Positions 1-10,019 of a stretch of DNA of 49,599 nucleotides are shown here, one piece after another. Position 1 is the first letter of the stretch; every line of letters starts with the position of its first letter. This DNA comes from Sphingomonadales bacterium (lineage in GTDB: Bacteria; Pseudomonadota; Alphaproteobacteria; Sphingomonadales; Sphingomonadaceae), in the NCBI GenBank assembly GCA_038238995.1, contig JBBSFF010000001.1:1-49599 (forward strand). The letters are read 5' to 3'. Under the pieces are notes generated by a model. It had not been told where the DNA came from. It saw nothing but the letters and a program-made list of their open reading frames with translations, and did not search any database. The translations under genes were made by a program, and so were the position numbers.

Positions 1-48
1 CCATCTCCTGAGGGCGGGAGATGGGTCCCCGCTTTCGCGGGGATGACG
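1..48. repeat. REP doublet (REPIN-like palindromic element), left arm cut by the window edge
   Basis: CCATCTCC...GGAGATGG inner palindrome followed by GTCCCCGCTTTCGCGGGGATGACG, nearly identical to the arms of the element at 47655-47734. Confidence 0.8.
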
Positions 49-74
49 GAGGGGTGGGTAACGTGATCGGCCCC

Positions 75-115
75 AAAACGAAAGGGGCGCGGGAAGCTCT
101 CGCCGCCCGCGCCCC
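75..115 (-). terminator. Intrinsic terminator of rpmI-rplT
   Basis: 10-bp stem GGGGCGCGGG (84-93)/CCCGCGCCCC (106-115) followed by TTTCGTTTT on the minus strand, just after the rplT stop. Confidence 0.75.
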
Positions 116-138
116 GCAACGTCGGTCGGGCGATCCGT

Positions 139-516
139 TTACGCGGCCATCGCCGGCTTGGCGTCGAGCGCGGCCTGCGCCTGCGCGGCAATCGCGCGGA
201 ACGCCTCGGGCTCGTGCATCGCGATGTCGGCGAGGATCTTCCGATCGAGCTCGACATTGGCCAGCTTGAGGCCGTGCATGAACACGCCGTAGGTCAGGCC
301 GACTTCGCGCACGGCGGCGTTGATCCGCTGGATCCACAGCGCGCGGAAGTTGCGCTTCTTCGCCTTGCGGTCGCGATACGCGTACTGGCCGGCCTTTTCG
401 ACCGCCTGCCGCGCGACGCGGATGGTGTTCTTTCGACGGCCGTAATAGCCCTTCGCCAGTTCGAGGACCCGCTTGTGACGGGCGTGCGAGGTTGTCCCGC
501 GTTTGACACGTGCCAT
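139..516 (-). CDS. rplT: 50S ribosomal protein L20
   Basis: MARVKRG...AKGYYGRR...QYAYRDR...LWIQRINAA...[10 protein letters not shown] signature. Confidence 0.99.
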   Translation of the reverse strand: MARVKRGTTSHARHKRVLELAKGYYGRRKNTIRVARQAVEKAGQYAYRDRKAKKRNFRALWIQRINAAVREVGLTYGVFMHGLKLANVELDRKILADIAMHEPEAFRAIAAQAQAALDAKPAMAA

Positions 517-528
517 TTCGGGGCCTCC

Positions 529-735
529 TTAGCGCTTCAGGCCGTACGGGGCCCAGAGCTTGATCGTCCGCGCATCGGCGTCGGAAATCGTGTCTGTGCC
601 ACGGTTCTGGCGGATATACTTGGCGTTATGATGGGTCAGGCGGTGACGCTTGCCGACGGCACCGTGCTTAACCTTACCCGACGCGGTGATCTTGAATCGC
701 TTCTTGACACCGCTCTTCGTCTTGAGCTTGGGCAT
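529..735 (-). CDS. rpmI: 50S ribosomal protein L35
   Basis: [21 protein letters not shown]; start reassigned to ATG at 735 with AGGAG upstream; adjacent to rplT. Confidence 0.98.
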   Translation of the reverse strand: MPKLKTKSGVKKRFKITASGKVKHGAVGKRHRLTHHNAKYIRQNRGTDTISDADARTIKLWAPYGLKR

Positions 736-885
736 TTCGTCTCCTGTGGACACGTAAACAGAATCGCCTCGGCAGCCCATTCAGCCGGGCGATTCAGACG
801 TGGAGGCGGGCGTATAGCGGGGCCAACCGCGATGCGCAACCGATGAAGCACCGGAACGACATCGGCGGGCCGCCGTTACGGTCCG

Positions 886-2925
886 ATGGAACCCGTGACC
901 ACGTCCCCCGTCGCCGTGCGCCGTAAAGATCCGCTGCACGGCGCGATTGGGGCGCTGCTCGGGGTCCTGACGACGCTGCTTGGGCTGATCGTCCTTGCGT
1001 GGCTGATCCTGTTCGTCACCAAGGGCCGGTTCCTCAAACCGACCTTCGAGAAATACTCAAGCCGCCTGGCCGCTCGACCGGTCGCGGTCGCGGGCGACTT
1101 CCAGCTGTATTTCGACCCGTTCCACCTCAAGTTCCTCGCCGAGGGGTTGAGCCTTGCCAACCCGGCGTGGGCGCACGATCCGCAGCTCTTCACCGCGCAA
1201 CGGATCGAGTCGGAGATCAGCACGATCGACCTGTTGTTCGGCAAACAGCACGTCCTGTTTCTCGATCTCGACGGCGGCAGCGCCGGGCTCGAGATCGACA
1301 AGGCCGGGCGCAACACCTGGACCTTCGCCGGCGACAAGCCGTTCAAGGTTCCGCCGATCGACCGGGCGAACGTCACCGGCACCGTCGCGCATTATATCGA
1401 CGCCACGCACAAGGCCGATGTTCGCCTGGCTTTTGGCGACCTCGCCGGGTCGGTCGGGACGCGCGGTAATCAGAACGTCGCCGGGCCGCTGACGTTCAAG
1501 GGCGGCGGTACTGCGCTCGCCGCGCCGTTCACGCTGCGCGGCAGCCTGACGACGCCGAATTCGACGATGACCGGGGGCAAGACCGGCCTCGATCTTCACG
1601 CGACGGTGGCGCAGACGCAGATCGACGTGTCGGGAACGCTGCCCGGTGCGACGCGGATCGACGGCGCCGACCTGCGCGTGACGATCGCGGGCAGGAACCT
1701 GCAGAATCTGTTCAAGCTGGCGGGTGCGAACGCCCCGGCGACGCGCCCGTATGAGCTAGCGGCGAACTTCACCAAAGTTGGCGGCGACTATAAATTCACG
1801 CGGATCAACGGCCACTTCGGCGATTCCGACCTCGCCGGCAGACTGTCGATCGCGACCGGCGGCGCACGCTCGAAGCTGGTCGGCGACCTGCGCACCGACA
1901 CGCTCGACATCCTCGATGTCGGACCGTGGATCGGCTACTCGCCCGAGAAGCTCGATGCGCAGGGCGGCAAGGGCGCGATCACGACGGTCAACGGCCATCC
2001 GAGCGTCCTGCCCGATGCCTCGCTCGATATCGCGTCGCTCAAGGGGTTCGACGCCGACGTGAAATATTCCGCCGCGCGGATTCGGACGGGGAACGTCCCG
2101 CTCGCCAATCTCAGCCTGGCGCTCGCGCTCGACGACCGCAATCTTAAGCTCAAGCCGGTCGCGTTCGACGTCATCGGCGGCCGGGTCACCGCCGATATCG
2201 AGCTCGATGCGCATCAGGAGCCGATCGTCGCAGACTACGATATCCATATGACGCAGGTGCCGATCGGGCGGTTGCTGACGTCGTTCAAGGTCGAGGATAA
2301 CGGCACGACGGCGAACGTCGGCGGGCGGATCAAACTCAAGGGTCGCGGCGATTCGGTACGCGCGTCGCTCGGCGCATCGTCGGGGCGGATCGCGATCATC
2401 GTCAGCAAGGGGACGCTGTGGATCCGCAACATCGAGCTCGCCAAGCTCGACGTGCAGAATTTCCTGTTCGCGGCATTCGGCAAGGACCTCAAGAAGCCGC
2501 GCGACATCCGCTGCGGGCTGGCTGCCTTCACCGTCGGCAACGGCGTCGCGCGCGCCGACCCGGTGATCTTCGACACCGGTCGCGCGGTGTATCGGATGAA
2601 CGGCCAGTTCAGCTTCAAGGACGAGTCGGTCGGGCTTTCGTTGCGCGGCAAGTCGAAGGAATTCAGCCTGTTCTCGGGCCAGTCGCCGATCGGTATCGGC
2701 GGCTGGTTTGCCGCGCCGAAGGTAAACCCGATTTCGAAGGAACTGCTCGCGCGCGGCGGGACGAGCATCTTGCTCGGCATTGTCGCGACCCCCGTCGCGG
2801 CGATCCTGCCGTTCGTCGATCTCGGCACGGCAAAGAATTCGAACTGCGCGGCGGTCGAGGGGGCGAAGACCGAGGCGGTGGTCGACTCGGCGACGCCCGA
2901 CCCGAAGGTCAAGAAGAAGAAGTAG
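886..2925 (+). CDS. AsmA family protein (YhjG-like bridge-type lipid transfer protein)
   Basis: 679 aa, N-terminal TM anchor, LANPAWA...NTW motif, beta-rich repeats, C-terminal amphipathic helix. Confidence 0.85.
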   Translation: MEPVTTSPVAVRRKDPLHGAIGALLGVLTTLLGLIVLAWLILFVTKGRFLKPTFEKYSSRLAARPVAVAGDFQLYFDPFHLKFLAEGLSLANPAWAHDPQLFTAQRIESEISTIDLLFGKQHVLFLDLDGGSAGLEIDKAGRNTWTFAGDKPFKVPPIDRANVTGTVAHYIDATHKADVRLAFGDLAGSVGTRGNQNVAGPLTFKGGGTALAAPFTLRGSLTTPNSTMTGGKTGLDLHATVAQTQIDVSGTLPGATRIDGADLRVTIAGRNLQNLFKLAGANAPATRPYELAANFTKVGGDYKFTRINGHFGDSDLAGRLSIATGGARSKLVGDLRTDTLDILDVGPWIGYSPEKLDAQGGKGAITTVNGHPSVLPDASLDIASLKGFDADVKYSAARIRTGNVPLANLSLALALDDRNLKLKPVAFDVIGGRVTADIELDAHQEPIVADYDIHMTQVPIGRLLTSFKVEDNGTTANVGGRIKLKGRGDSVRASLGASSGRIAIIVSKGTLWIRNIELAKLDVQNFLFAAFGKDLKKPRDIRCGLAAFTVGNGVARADPVIFDTGRAVYRMNGQFSFKDESVGLSLRGKSKEFSLFSGQSPIGIGGWFAAPKVNPISKELLARGGTSILLGIVATPVAAILPFVDLGTAKNSNCAAVEGAKTEAVVDSATPDPKVKKKK

Positions 2926-2948
2926 TCAGGCGGTGCCGGGGCTGGTCG

Positions 2949-3536
2949 TCACGCGGTTCCCGCGACCGGCGACAAGTGCCCGACGTCGATGCCGAGCGAG
3001 GCGAAGGCGCGCGGCCAGCGCTGGGGGACGGCGGTGGCAAAGATCAGATCGTCACTGCCGTCGATGCTGTGCCACCCGTGTCGTCGCAGTTCGCCGTCGA
3101 GCTGCCCTGCGCCCCAGCCGGTGTAGCCGAGCGTCGCCAGCCAGCGGCTCGGCCCGCGCCCGAGCGCGATGTCACGCAGCACGTCGACGGTCGAGGTCAG
3201 CCCCCAGCGGATACCGCCAAGGCTGCCGACATGGATCGTCCCCTGGCCGCTATAGTCGGGGGAATGAACGACGAAGCCGCGTCCCGGCTCGACCGGCCCG
3301 CCGTTCATCACCTTCGCGCCGACCGGGGTCGTCCCCGGGGCGATGTCGAGCTGGATCATCAGGTCGCGCACCGTCATCACGGGATGCGGGCGGTTGACGA
3401 TCAGCCCGAGCGCGCCGTCGTCGTCGTGGACACACATTGCGATCACCGTCCGGTCGAAGCGCGGGTCGCCGATGCCGGGCATCGACAGCAGATACTGGCC
3501 GGTCAGGAACCGCGGGTCGCTCATCCGAACCGTCAT
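2949..3536 (-). CDS. YqgE/AlgH family protein (UPF0301)
   Basis: LLSMPGIGDPRF, GALGLIVNRP, GGPV, LGYTGWGAGQLDGE motifs; start may be 3524. Confidence 0.93.
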   Translation of the reverse strand: MTVRMSDPRFLTGQYLLSMPGIGDPRFDRTVIAMCVHDDDGALGLIVNRPHPVMTVRDLMIQLDIAPGTTPVGAKVMNGGPVEPGRGFVVHSPDYSGQGTIHVGSLGGIRWGLTSTVDVLRDIALGRGPSRWLATLGYTGWGAGQLDGELRRHGWHSIDGSDDLIFATAVPQRWPRAFASLGIDVGHLSPVAGTA

Positions 3537-3604
3537 AAACCGGGGCGCTGGACGCGTGCAATGCGCGTCGCTATCGCAGGCGCGACAATCGAGGAGAGAA
3601 TGCG

Positions 3605-4090
3605 ATGACGATCAAGGTGGGCGATGCCGTCCCGAGCGCGACGCTGATCAAGGCGACCGAGGCCGGACCGCAGCCGCTGTCGACCGAGGCGTTGTTTGCC
3701 GGGCGGACCGTCGCCTTATTCTCGGTCCCGGGCGCGTTCACTCCGACGTGCTCGGCGAAGCACCTGCCCGGCTACATCTCGAACGCCGACGCGATGAAGG
3801 CGGCCGGCGTCGACGAGATCGTCTGTATCTCGGTCAACGACGCGTTCGTCATGGGCGCATGGGGCCAGAGCGCTGGGGCGGCCGACAAGGTGACGATGCT
3901 CGCCGACGGCAACGGCGATTTCGTCACCGCGCTCGGGCTGACGATGGACGGCAGCCGGTTCGGCATGGGGCTGCGCGGTCAGCGCTTCTCGATGCTCGTC
4001 CGTGACGGCATCGTCGAGAAGCTCAATATCGAAGACCCCGGCGCATTCCAGGTGTCGTCGGCCGAACACCTGATGGGCCAGCTGGCCTGA
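3605..4090 (+). CDS. Peroxiredoxin (Prx5/redoxin type)
   Basis: PGAFTPTCS..HLPG active site, VNDAFVM; GGAG upstream. Confidence 0.96.
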   Translation: MTIKVGDAVPSATLIKATEAGPQPLSTEALFAGRTVALFSVPGAFTPTCSAKHLPGYISNADAMKAAGVDEIVCISVNDAFVMGAWGQSAGAADKVTMLADGNGDFVTALGLTMDGSRFGMGLRGQRFSMLVRDGIVEKLNIEDPGAFQVSSAEHLMGQLA

Positions 4091-4148
4091 GGCGCTACAC
4101 CCCGACCGCGCGCCGCCGTTAAGCGGGCAGCGGCAAGGGGATTGGGCG

Positions 4149-5225
4149 GTGTATCATCCGGGAACGTTGACGGCGGCAGGTACCACCGAGCCGACGGAGA
4201 TGCCGTTGATGCGCTTCGACCGCATCCGCGCGTTGCTCGTGCTGACCGGATTGCCGCCGGTTCCCGACGTCTACGACCTGTTCTGGCGCCACCTCGACGG
4301 CGACGATTTCGCGCTGAGCGCGGCGATCGACTCGGCGATCGTCGAGGGCAAGCTCGACATGGCGACGGTCGCCGCGCTGCGATCGGCGCATTGCGACGGG
4401 CTGGCGGCGGGCGAATTGTCGGCGCTCGTCGCCGCGGCGCACGAGCAGGCGGTGCGGATGACCGAGCGATTGTCCGACGGCCGCACCGATCTGGTCGAAT
4501 ACGGGCGGACGATCGCCGACGGCGACGCCGCGTTGAACGCGGTCGGCTCGACGCTGTCGCCCGCCGCGCTCGCGACGCTGATCGACCGGCTCGGCACCGC
4601 CACCGGGGCGATGCTGGTCGCCAATCAACGGATGCAGGCCGAGATCGGCGCCGCCGCCGACGAGACGATCGGCCTGCGCGACCGGCTCCGTCACGCCGAG
4701 GCGGCGGCGGTGACCGACCCGCTGACCGGGCTGCTCAATCGCCGCGGCGTATTCGAGCTGCTCGAGCGGACCCGGGCGACGCCGGCCGTCCCGCTGAGCG
4801 TCGCGATGGTCGACATCGACTTCTTCAAGCGGGTCAACGACCGTTGGGGCCACGCCATCGGCGACGAAGTGCTCCGCTATGTCGCGCGGCACCTGAGCGA
4901 CGGCCTCGCGCGGTCGTGCGGCGGCACGACCGGGCGCATGGGCGGCGAGGAGTTCATCGCGTTGCTGCCGGGCACGCCGCAATCGGTTGCGGTCGCGACG
5001 CTCGACGCGCTGCGGACCAGTCTCGTCGGGCAGCTGCTGCGGCGCAACGACGACGGGGTGAGCATCGGGCGGGTCAGCTTTTCGGCCGGGGTCGCCGCCG
5101 ACCGGCCCGGCGACCCGGTCGATTCGGTTATCGCGCGTGCCGACGACGCGCTCTACTCGGCGAAGCGTCTCGGCCGCGACCGGATCATCCCCGACCGCGC
5201 CGTGGCCTCGGCCGCGTCCGGTTAA
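4149..5225 (+). CDS. Diguanylate cyclase with helical N-terminal domain (DgcB-like)
   Basis: DPLTGLLNRR, DIDFFKRVND.WGH..GD, GGEEF; start could be 4200 or 4209. Confidence 0.92.
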   Translation: MYHPGTLTAAGTTEPTEMPLMRFDRIRALLVLTGLPPVPDVYDLFWRHLDGDDFALSAAIDSAIVEGKLDMATVAALRSAHCDGLAAGELSALVAAAHEQAVRMTERLSDGRTDLVEYGRTIADGDAALNAVGSTLSPAALATLIDRLGTATGAMLVANQRMQAEIGAAADETIGLRDRLRHAEAAAVTDPLTGLLNRRGVFELLERTRATPAVPLSVAMVDIDFFKRVNDRWGHAIGDEVLRYVARHLSDGLARSCGGTTGRMGGEEFIALLPGTPQSVAVATLDALRTSLVGQLLRRNDDGVSIGRVSFSAGVAADRPGDPVDSVIARADDALYSAKRLGRDRIIPDRAVASAASG

Positions 5226-6559
5226 GTGGCGGCGCGCAATCGTCCGAGACGCCCGAACCATTTCCTCGGCGGGGCGACGGCGATGACCGCCATGACCGGC
5301 ACGCCGCTGTAGAATTCGAGATCTTCGGCGCCGCGCACCATGCGCCGCATCATCTCACCCAACAAAACGATCGCGATTCCGAGCGCGAGACTGAGTGCCG
5401 CCGCGAGCCCGACCGTCGCCGGCGTGTTGGGAAAAACCATGTCGTCGCTGGCGATGGTGTCGCCGAGGACGATCAACCCGCTCGGCGCGGCGGCGACCGC
5501 GTCGAAATCCTTCACCCGCTGCTCGGCACTGACATAAAGCCGCGTGCGCAGGGTGATTTCGCGGTCGAGCGACGCCAGCTGGTCATAGAGCGGGGCGCGG
5601 TCGAGCAGGCGCAGACGCGCCTCGAGATAGTCGCGGTTCCGCTGCGCCCGGTTGGCGACGATCTGCGCATCGGTCGCACTCGTCCCCGCGTTCGCGAAGT
5701 CGGTCTCGCGCACGAGTTGGGTGCGAAGCCGGTCGCGCAACCCCGACAGGTTGATCGTCACCGGATCGCTCGGTCCGCGATCGGCAGCGAACACCGCGAT
5801 CTGTTCGTCGAGGTCGCTGATCCGGCGCTTCAGCGCCGTCATCGTCGAGGTTATCGTCGGCGTCAGCGTCGTCGACTTCGACGGCACCGCGGCCGCCGAC
5901 AGCGCGGACAACTCGAGCATTTCGAGGCTGCCGTTGCTCGAATCGATCGGAATCTGGTTCGCTCGAACGAACGCGGCGCGTTTGGCTTCGACCGCCCGCA
6001 ACGCCACCAGCGACTGTGCGGCGATGGTGCGGTTCCACGACGACGCCTTGCGCGCGGCATCGACCCGCAACCGGAGATCGTTCGCGATATAGGCTTCACG
6101 GATCATGGCGACGATCGTCTTGGCGGCGTCGACCGACTGCGCGGTGTAGAAGATTTCGATGATCGAGCTGCTCTCGAACTGCTGCGCCGCGACCCCGGCG
6201 GCGAGCCGGTGCGCCGCCCACGTGGTGATATCGCCCCGTCCACCGGTCGCCTCCTCCCACGCGGAGATGACCCCCGGATCCGACGGCCAGCCGAGCTTCG
6301 TCACGACTTCGCGCATGACGCCGTCGTCGCCGACGAGCCGGATCTGGGTCGAGATGTAGCTGATCTCGGTGTTGCGCTTGAGCGCGGAATATTGCGTCGG
6401 ATCGACGTTGCCGACGTTGAGCATGATGCGCGCCTTCGCCGTATATTCCTTCGTCAGCGACGACGAAAAGGCGAACGCCACCAGCGAGGCGACGACGACC
6501 ATCGCCGCGATCGACACCCACGCCGCGCGGAGGATCGCCAGAAGTTGGCTGAGGTTCAC
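5222..6559 (-). CDS. Polysaccharide co-polymerase/chain-length determinant-like protein (Wzz/GumC/EpsF-like)
   Basis: MNLSQLLAILRA-TM-YTAKA start, long coiled coil, P+TM near the C-terminus, ..EDLE...GVPV motif; no kinase domain. Confidence 0.75.
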   Translation of the reverse strand: MNLSQLLAILRAAWVSIAAMVVVASLVAFAFSSSLTKEYTAKARIMLNVGNVDPTQYSALKRNTEISYISTQIRLVGDDGVMREVVTKLGWPSDPGVISAWEEATGGRGDITTWAAHRLAAGVAAQQFESSSIIEIFYTAQSVDAAKTIVAMIREAYIANDLRLRVDAARKASSWNRTIAAQSLVALRAVEAKRAAFVRANQIPIDSSNGSLEMLELSALSAAAVPSKSTTLTPTITSTMTALKRRISDLDEQIAVFAADRGPSDPVTINLSGLRDRLRTQLVRETDFANAGTSATDAQIVANRAQRNRDYLEARLRLLDRAPLYDQLASLDREITLRTRLYVSAEQRVKDFDAVAAAPSGLIVLGDTIASDDMVFPNTPATVGLAAALSLALGIAIVLLGEMMRRMVRGAEDLEFYSGVPVMAVIAVAPPRKWFGRLGRLRAAT

Positions 6560-8832
6560 TCGGCCGCCTGGGCGACGTCGAGGTTCCGGCAGATGCGCCA
6601 GACCCTTTCGATCGTCGCGGGCATTTCGAGTTGGGTCCCGTCGAGCGCGTCGATGATCGCGTTCATGATCGACGGCATCGCGCCGATCGTTCCGGCCTCG
6701 CCGCAGCCCTTGACGCCGAGCGGGTTGGTCGGCGAGGGCGTGCCCAGCGTCGCGAAGCCGATCGTCGGCGGCATGTCGTCGGCGCGCGGGACGCCGTAGT
6801 CCATGAACGATCCCGTCAACAGCTGCGCGCCGTCGCCGTAGACGATGTCTTCGAGCAGGACCTGGCCGAGTCCCTGCGCGACGCCACCGTGGATTTGCCC
6901 CTCGACGAGCATCGGGTTCATCAGCACCCCGAAATCGTCGACGAGGCTGTAGTGGACGACCTTGGTTGTGCCGGTCGCGGGGTCGATCTCGACCTCGGCG
7001 ACATGGCAGCCGTTGGGAAAGGTCGGGCGCGGGTTTTCCGGCTTGTACGTCGCCCGCCCGTCGAGCCCGCCCGGATGCTTCGCGGCGAGCTCGGCGAGGC
7101 TGACCGTGCGGTTGGTCCCGCGGGCGCCGAACACGCCTTCGTTATAGTCGACGTCGACGACGTCGAGGTCGGCCTTGGCGAGTTCGATCCCGCGCCTGAC
7201 CATGTCGTCGCCCGCCTCGATGACCGCGCCGCCGCCCCACGCGAGGCTGCGCGAGCCGCCGGTGCCGTTGCCTTCGTCGAGCCGGTCGGTGTCGCCCTGG
7301 ACGATGCGGACGTTTTCCATCGGCAGGCCGAGCCGGTCGGCGAGCACCTGCGCGTACGCGGTCTCGTGGCCCTGGCCGTTCGACTGAGTGCCAACCGCAG
7401 CCTCGACGACGCCGTCGCTGCCGACCCGGATGTCGGCGAACTCCTCGGTCGAGCCGCCGCCCGCGATCTCGACGTAATAGGCGATGCCGCGCCCGTAGCG
7501 CAGCCCCTTGCGCGCCGCCGCCGCCTTGCGGGCGGGGAAGCCCGCCCAGTCGGCGTTCGCCAGCGCCTTGTCGAGCACGGCGGGGAAGTCGCCGATGTCG
7601 AAGGTCAGACCGAGCCCGTTGGCGTGCGGCAATTCGTCGGGCCGAAGCAGATTCTTGCGGCGAATGTCGTCGACGCCGACGCCGAGCTCGCGCGCGGCCG
7701 CCTCGAGCAGCCGCTCCATGATATACGCCGCCTCGGGCCGCCCGGCGCCGCGATACGCGTCGACCGGGGTGGTATTGGTGACGACGCCGTGGACGAGATT
7801 GTGGATGACCGGGATGCGGTACACCCCGCCGAGGATGCGCCCGCCGGCCACCGTCTGGATCGCCGGGCCGAACTGCGACTGGTACGCGCCGAGGTCGCTC
7901 CACGTCTCGACCTTGAGCGCGGTGATCAGCCCGTCGGCGTCGAAGCCGATCGCCGCGTCGCTTACCATCGCCCGCCCGTGCGTGTCGGACTGGAACGCGT
8001 CGCCGCGCTCGCCAGTCCATTTGACCGGGCGGCCGAGGTCGCGCGCGGCGTGGAGGACGAGCAGATATTCGGGATACAGGAACGCTTTCATCCCGAACCC
8101 GCCGCCGACATCGCCGGTCCGGATACGGACCTGCGTCGGATCGACGGCGAGGATCCCGGCGATCATCTTGCGCGCGGCGGCGACGCCCTGTCCGCCGAAA
8201 TCGAGGGTGAAGCCGTCGGCCTCGCTGAAATCACCCACCGCGGCGCGCACCTCCATCGACGTCGGCGCGACGCGGTTCTGGACGATCCTAAGCCGGGTAA
8301 CGTGCGCGGCGGCGGCAATCGCGGCAGCTGCCTTGTCGACGTCGCCGAGCGGGAAGGCGAACAGGTCGTTCGACGGCGCGTCGTCCCAGACCTTCGTCGC
8401 ACCGGGCGCAATCGCATCGGCGATGCTGGTGACGACGGGGAGTTCGTCATAGTCGACCATCACCGCGTCGGCGCCCTCGCGGGCGGCCTCGCGGGTTTCG
8501 GCGACGACGAAGGCGATGCCGTCGCCGACGAATCGCGCCTTGTCGCCGGTCAGCAGGTGGCGCGGGGTGGTGATCTTGCCCGAGAACGGCACGAGGCACG
8601 GGACGACCCCGTACGCCGCGATATCGGCGTGGGTATAGACCGCCACGACGCCGGGCACCGCCATCGCCGCGCTCGTGTCGATGCCGACGATCCGGGCATG
8701 GCCGTACGGCGAGCGGACGGTCGCGGCGAACAGCGCGCCGTCAAGCTGGATATCGTCGGTGAAGCGCCCCTTGCCGGTGAGCAGGCGATGATCCTCGACG
8801 CGCTTCGGGGACTGGCCGATACCGAATTTCAT
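6556..8832 (-). CDS. Xanthine dehydrogenase family molybdopterin-binding subunit (form II CoxL-like)
   Basis: RVEDHRLLTGKGRF, VGGGFG, AYRGAGR, GQGHET, GQIHGG, KGCGE motifs. Confidence 0.93.
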   Translation of the reverse strand: MKFGIGQSPKRVEDHRLLTGKGRFTDDIQLDGALFAATVRSPYGHARIVGIDTSAAMAVPGVVAVYTHADIAAYGVVPCLVPFSGKITTPRHLLTGDKARFVGDGIAFVVAETREAAREGADAVMVDYDELPVVTSIADAIAPGATKVWDDAPSNDLFAFPLGDVDKAAAAIAAAAHVTRLRIVQNRVAPTSMEVRAAVGDFSEADGFTLDFGGQGVAAARKMIAGILAVDPTQVRIRTGDVGGGFGMKAFLYPEYLLVLHAARDLGRPVKWTGERGDAFQSDTHGRAMVSDAAIGFDADGLITALKVETWSDLGAYQSQFGPAIQTVAGGRILGGVYRIPVIHNLVHGVVTNTTPVDAYRGAGRPEAAYIMERLLEAAARELGVGVDDIRRKNLLRPDELPHANGLGLTFDIGDFPAVLDKALANADWAGFPARKAAAARKGLRYGRGIAYYVEIAGGGSTEEFADIRVGSDGVVEAAVGTQSNGQGHETAYAQVLADRLGLPMENVRIVQGDTDRLDEGNGTGGSRSLAWGGGAVIEAGDDMVRRGIELAKADLDVVDVDYNEGVFGARGTNRTVSLAELAAKHPGGLDGRATYKPENPRPTFPNGCHVAEVEIDPATGTTKVVHYSLVDDFGVLMNPMLVEGQIHGGVAQGLGQVLLEDIVYGDGAQLLTGSFMDYGVPRADDMPPTIGFATLGTPSPTNPLGVKGCGEAGTIGAMPSIMNAIIDALDGTQLEMPATIERVWRICRNLDVAQAAE

Positions 8833-8913
8833 GCGAGCATCCTCAGGCGGCGTGAGCCCTACCTTTAGCGCGGGCGCTGCCTCGGGTCGCGTGTCAATTT
8901 GTCCGCACCGCGC

Positions 8914-9954
8914 TCAGCGCCCGATCAGCTTTCGCGCCAGCGCGTCCGCGACTGCATCGGTCGTCCGCCCGCTTGCGTCCGCCTCGGTGAAGATTGCGGT
9001 GAGGCGCGGCTCGATCTCGGCGATCTGCGCCGCGACCGACGCCGCATCGCCGTTTCCCGAATATTCGGCGACGACGTTGATGATGCCGCCGGCGTTGATG
9101 ACATAGTCGGGCGCGTACAGAATGCCGCGTGCCTGGACCCGCGCGCCGTCGGCCGGGGTCGCGAGCTGGTTGTTCGCCGCCCCCGCGACGATCGCGATGT
9201 CGAGATTGGCGATCGTGTCGGCGTCAAGCACCGCGCCAAGCGCGTTCGGACTGAAGACGTCGGCGCTGACCCGCATGATCTCACCGACTGAAACATGCGT
9301 CGCGCCGAGCGCCGCCGCCATCCGGGCGGCACGCGCCCCGTCGATATCGGCGACGGTCAGCTTCGCGCCTGCCGCCGCCAGCCGTTCGGCGATGCCGCCG
9401 CCGACGCTGCCGAGCCCCTGGACCGCGACATGGACGCCGGTGAAATCGCTGCGCCCGAGCGCATGGCGGACCGCCGCGCGCATGCCGACGAACACGCCCT
9501 GCGCGGTCGACGGTCCCGGATTGCCGCCCGCCGCGCCGCCGCTGACCGGCAGGCCCGACACGAACCGCGTCCGCCGCGCAATGACCGTCATGTCGGCGTC
9601 GGCCATGCCCACGTCTTCGGCGGTGACGTACTTGCCGCCGAGCGACTCGATCGCCGCGCCGAATGCTTCGAGCAACGCCTCGGACTTCGGACCCGTCCCG
9701 GACCTCAGGATGACCCCCTTGCCGCCGCCCGCCGCGAGCCCCGCCAGCGCATTTTTATAGCTCATGCCGCGCGACAAACGCAGCGCGTCGGTCAGCGCGG
9801 CGGCGTCGTCGGCGTAGGTCCACCACCGGCATCCCCCCGCCGCCGGGCCGCGATGCGTCGAATGCACCGCGATGATCGCCATCAGACCGCTCGCGGGGTC
9901 GTCGAAGAAATGCACGCCCTCGTGGGCGTCGAAGTCGGGGGCGTCGAACACCAT
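8914..9954 (-). CDS. Leucine dehydrogenase (Glu/Leu/Phe/Val dehydrogenase family)
   Basis: LSRGMSYK, GGGK, TAEDVG, QGLGSVG, GAANNQL, PDYVINAGG; start reassigned to MVFDAPDF. Confidence 0.93.
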   Translation of the reverse strand: MVFDAPDFDAHEGVHFFDDPASGLMAIIAVHSTHRGPAAGGCRWWTYADDAAALTDALRLSRGMSYKNALAGLAAGGGKGVILRSGTGPKSEALLEAFGAAIESLGGKYVTAEDVGMADADMTVIARRTRFVSGLPVSGGAAGGNPGPSTAQGVFVGMRAAVRHALGRSDFTGVHVAVQGLGSVGGGIAERLAAAGAKLTVADIDGARAARMAAALGATHVSVGEIMRVSADVFSPNALGAVLDADTIANLDIAIVAGAANNQLATPADGARVQARGILYAPDYVINAGGIINVVAEYSGNGDAASVAAQIAEIEPRLTAIFTEADASGRTTDAVADALARKLIGR

Positions 9955-10019
9955 CGTGAATGCCTGTAACGATCGAACAGGCGCGCGCAATAAACGAACA
10001 CGCCGAGCCGGGGAAGCCT

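Noticed and set aside
2926-2965. Echo of the yqgE 3' end (AGTA-stop followed by PGTA-stop mini-ORF)
   Set aside because: Too short and degenerate to distinguish from chance in GC-rich DNA
6556-8832. True aerobic CO dehydrogenase
   Set aside because: Active-site loop is AYRGAGR, not AYxCSFR, and coxS/coxM are absent
4142-8868. Long alternative-frame ORFs (885 aa, 745 aa) and similar Arg-rich ORFs throughout the window
   Set aside because: Typical high-GC shadow ORFs overlapping well-supported genes, with no recognisable motifs
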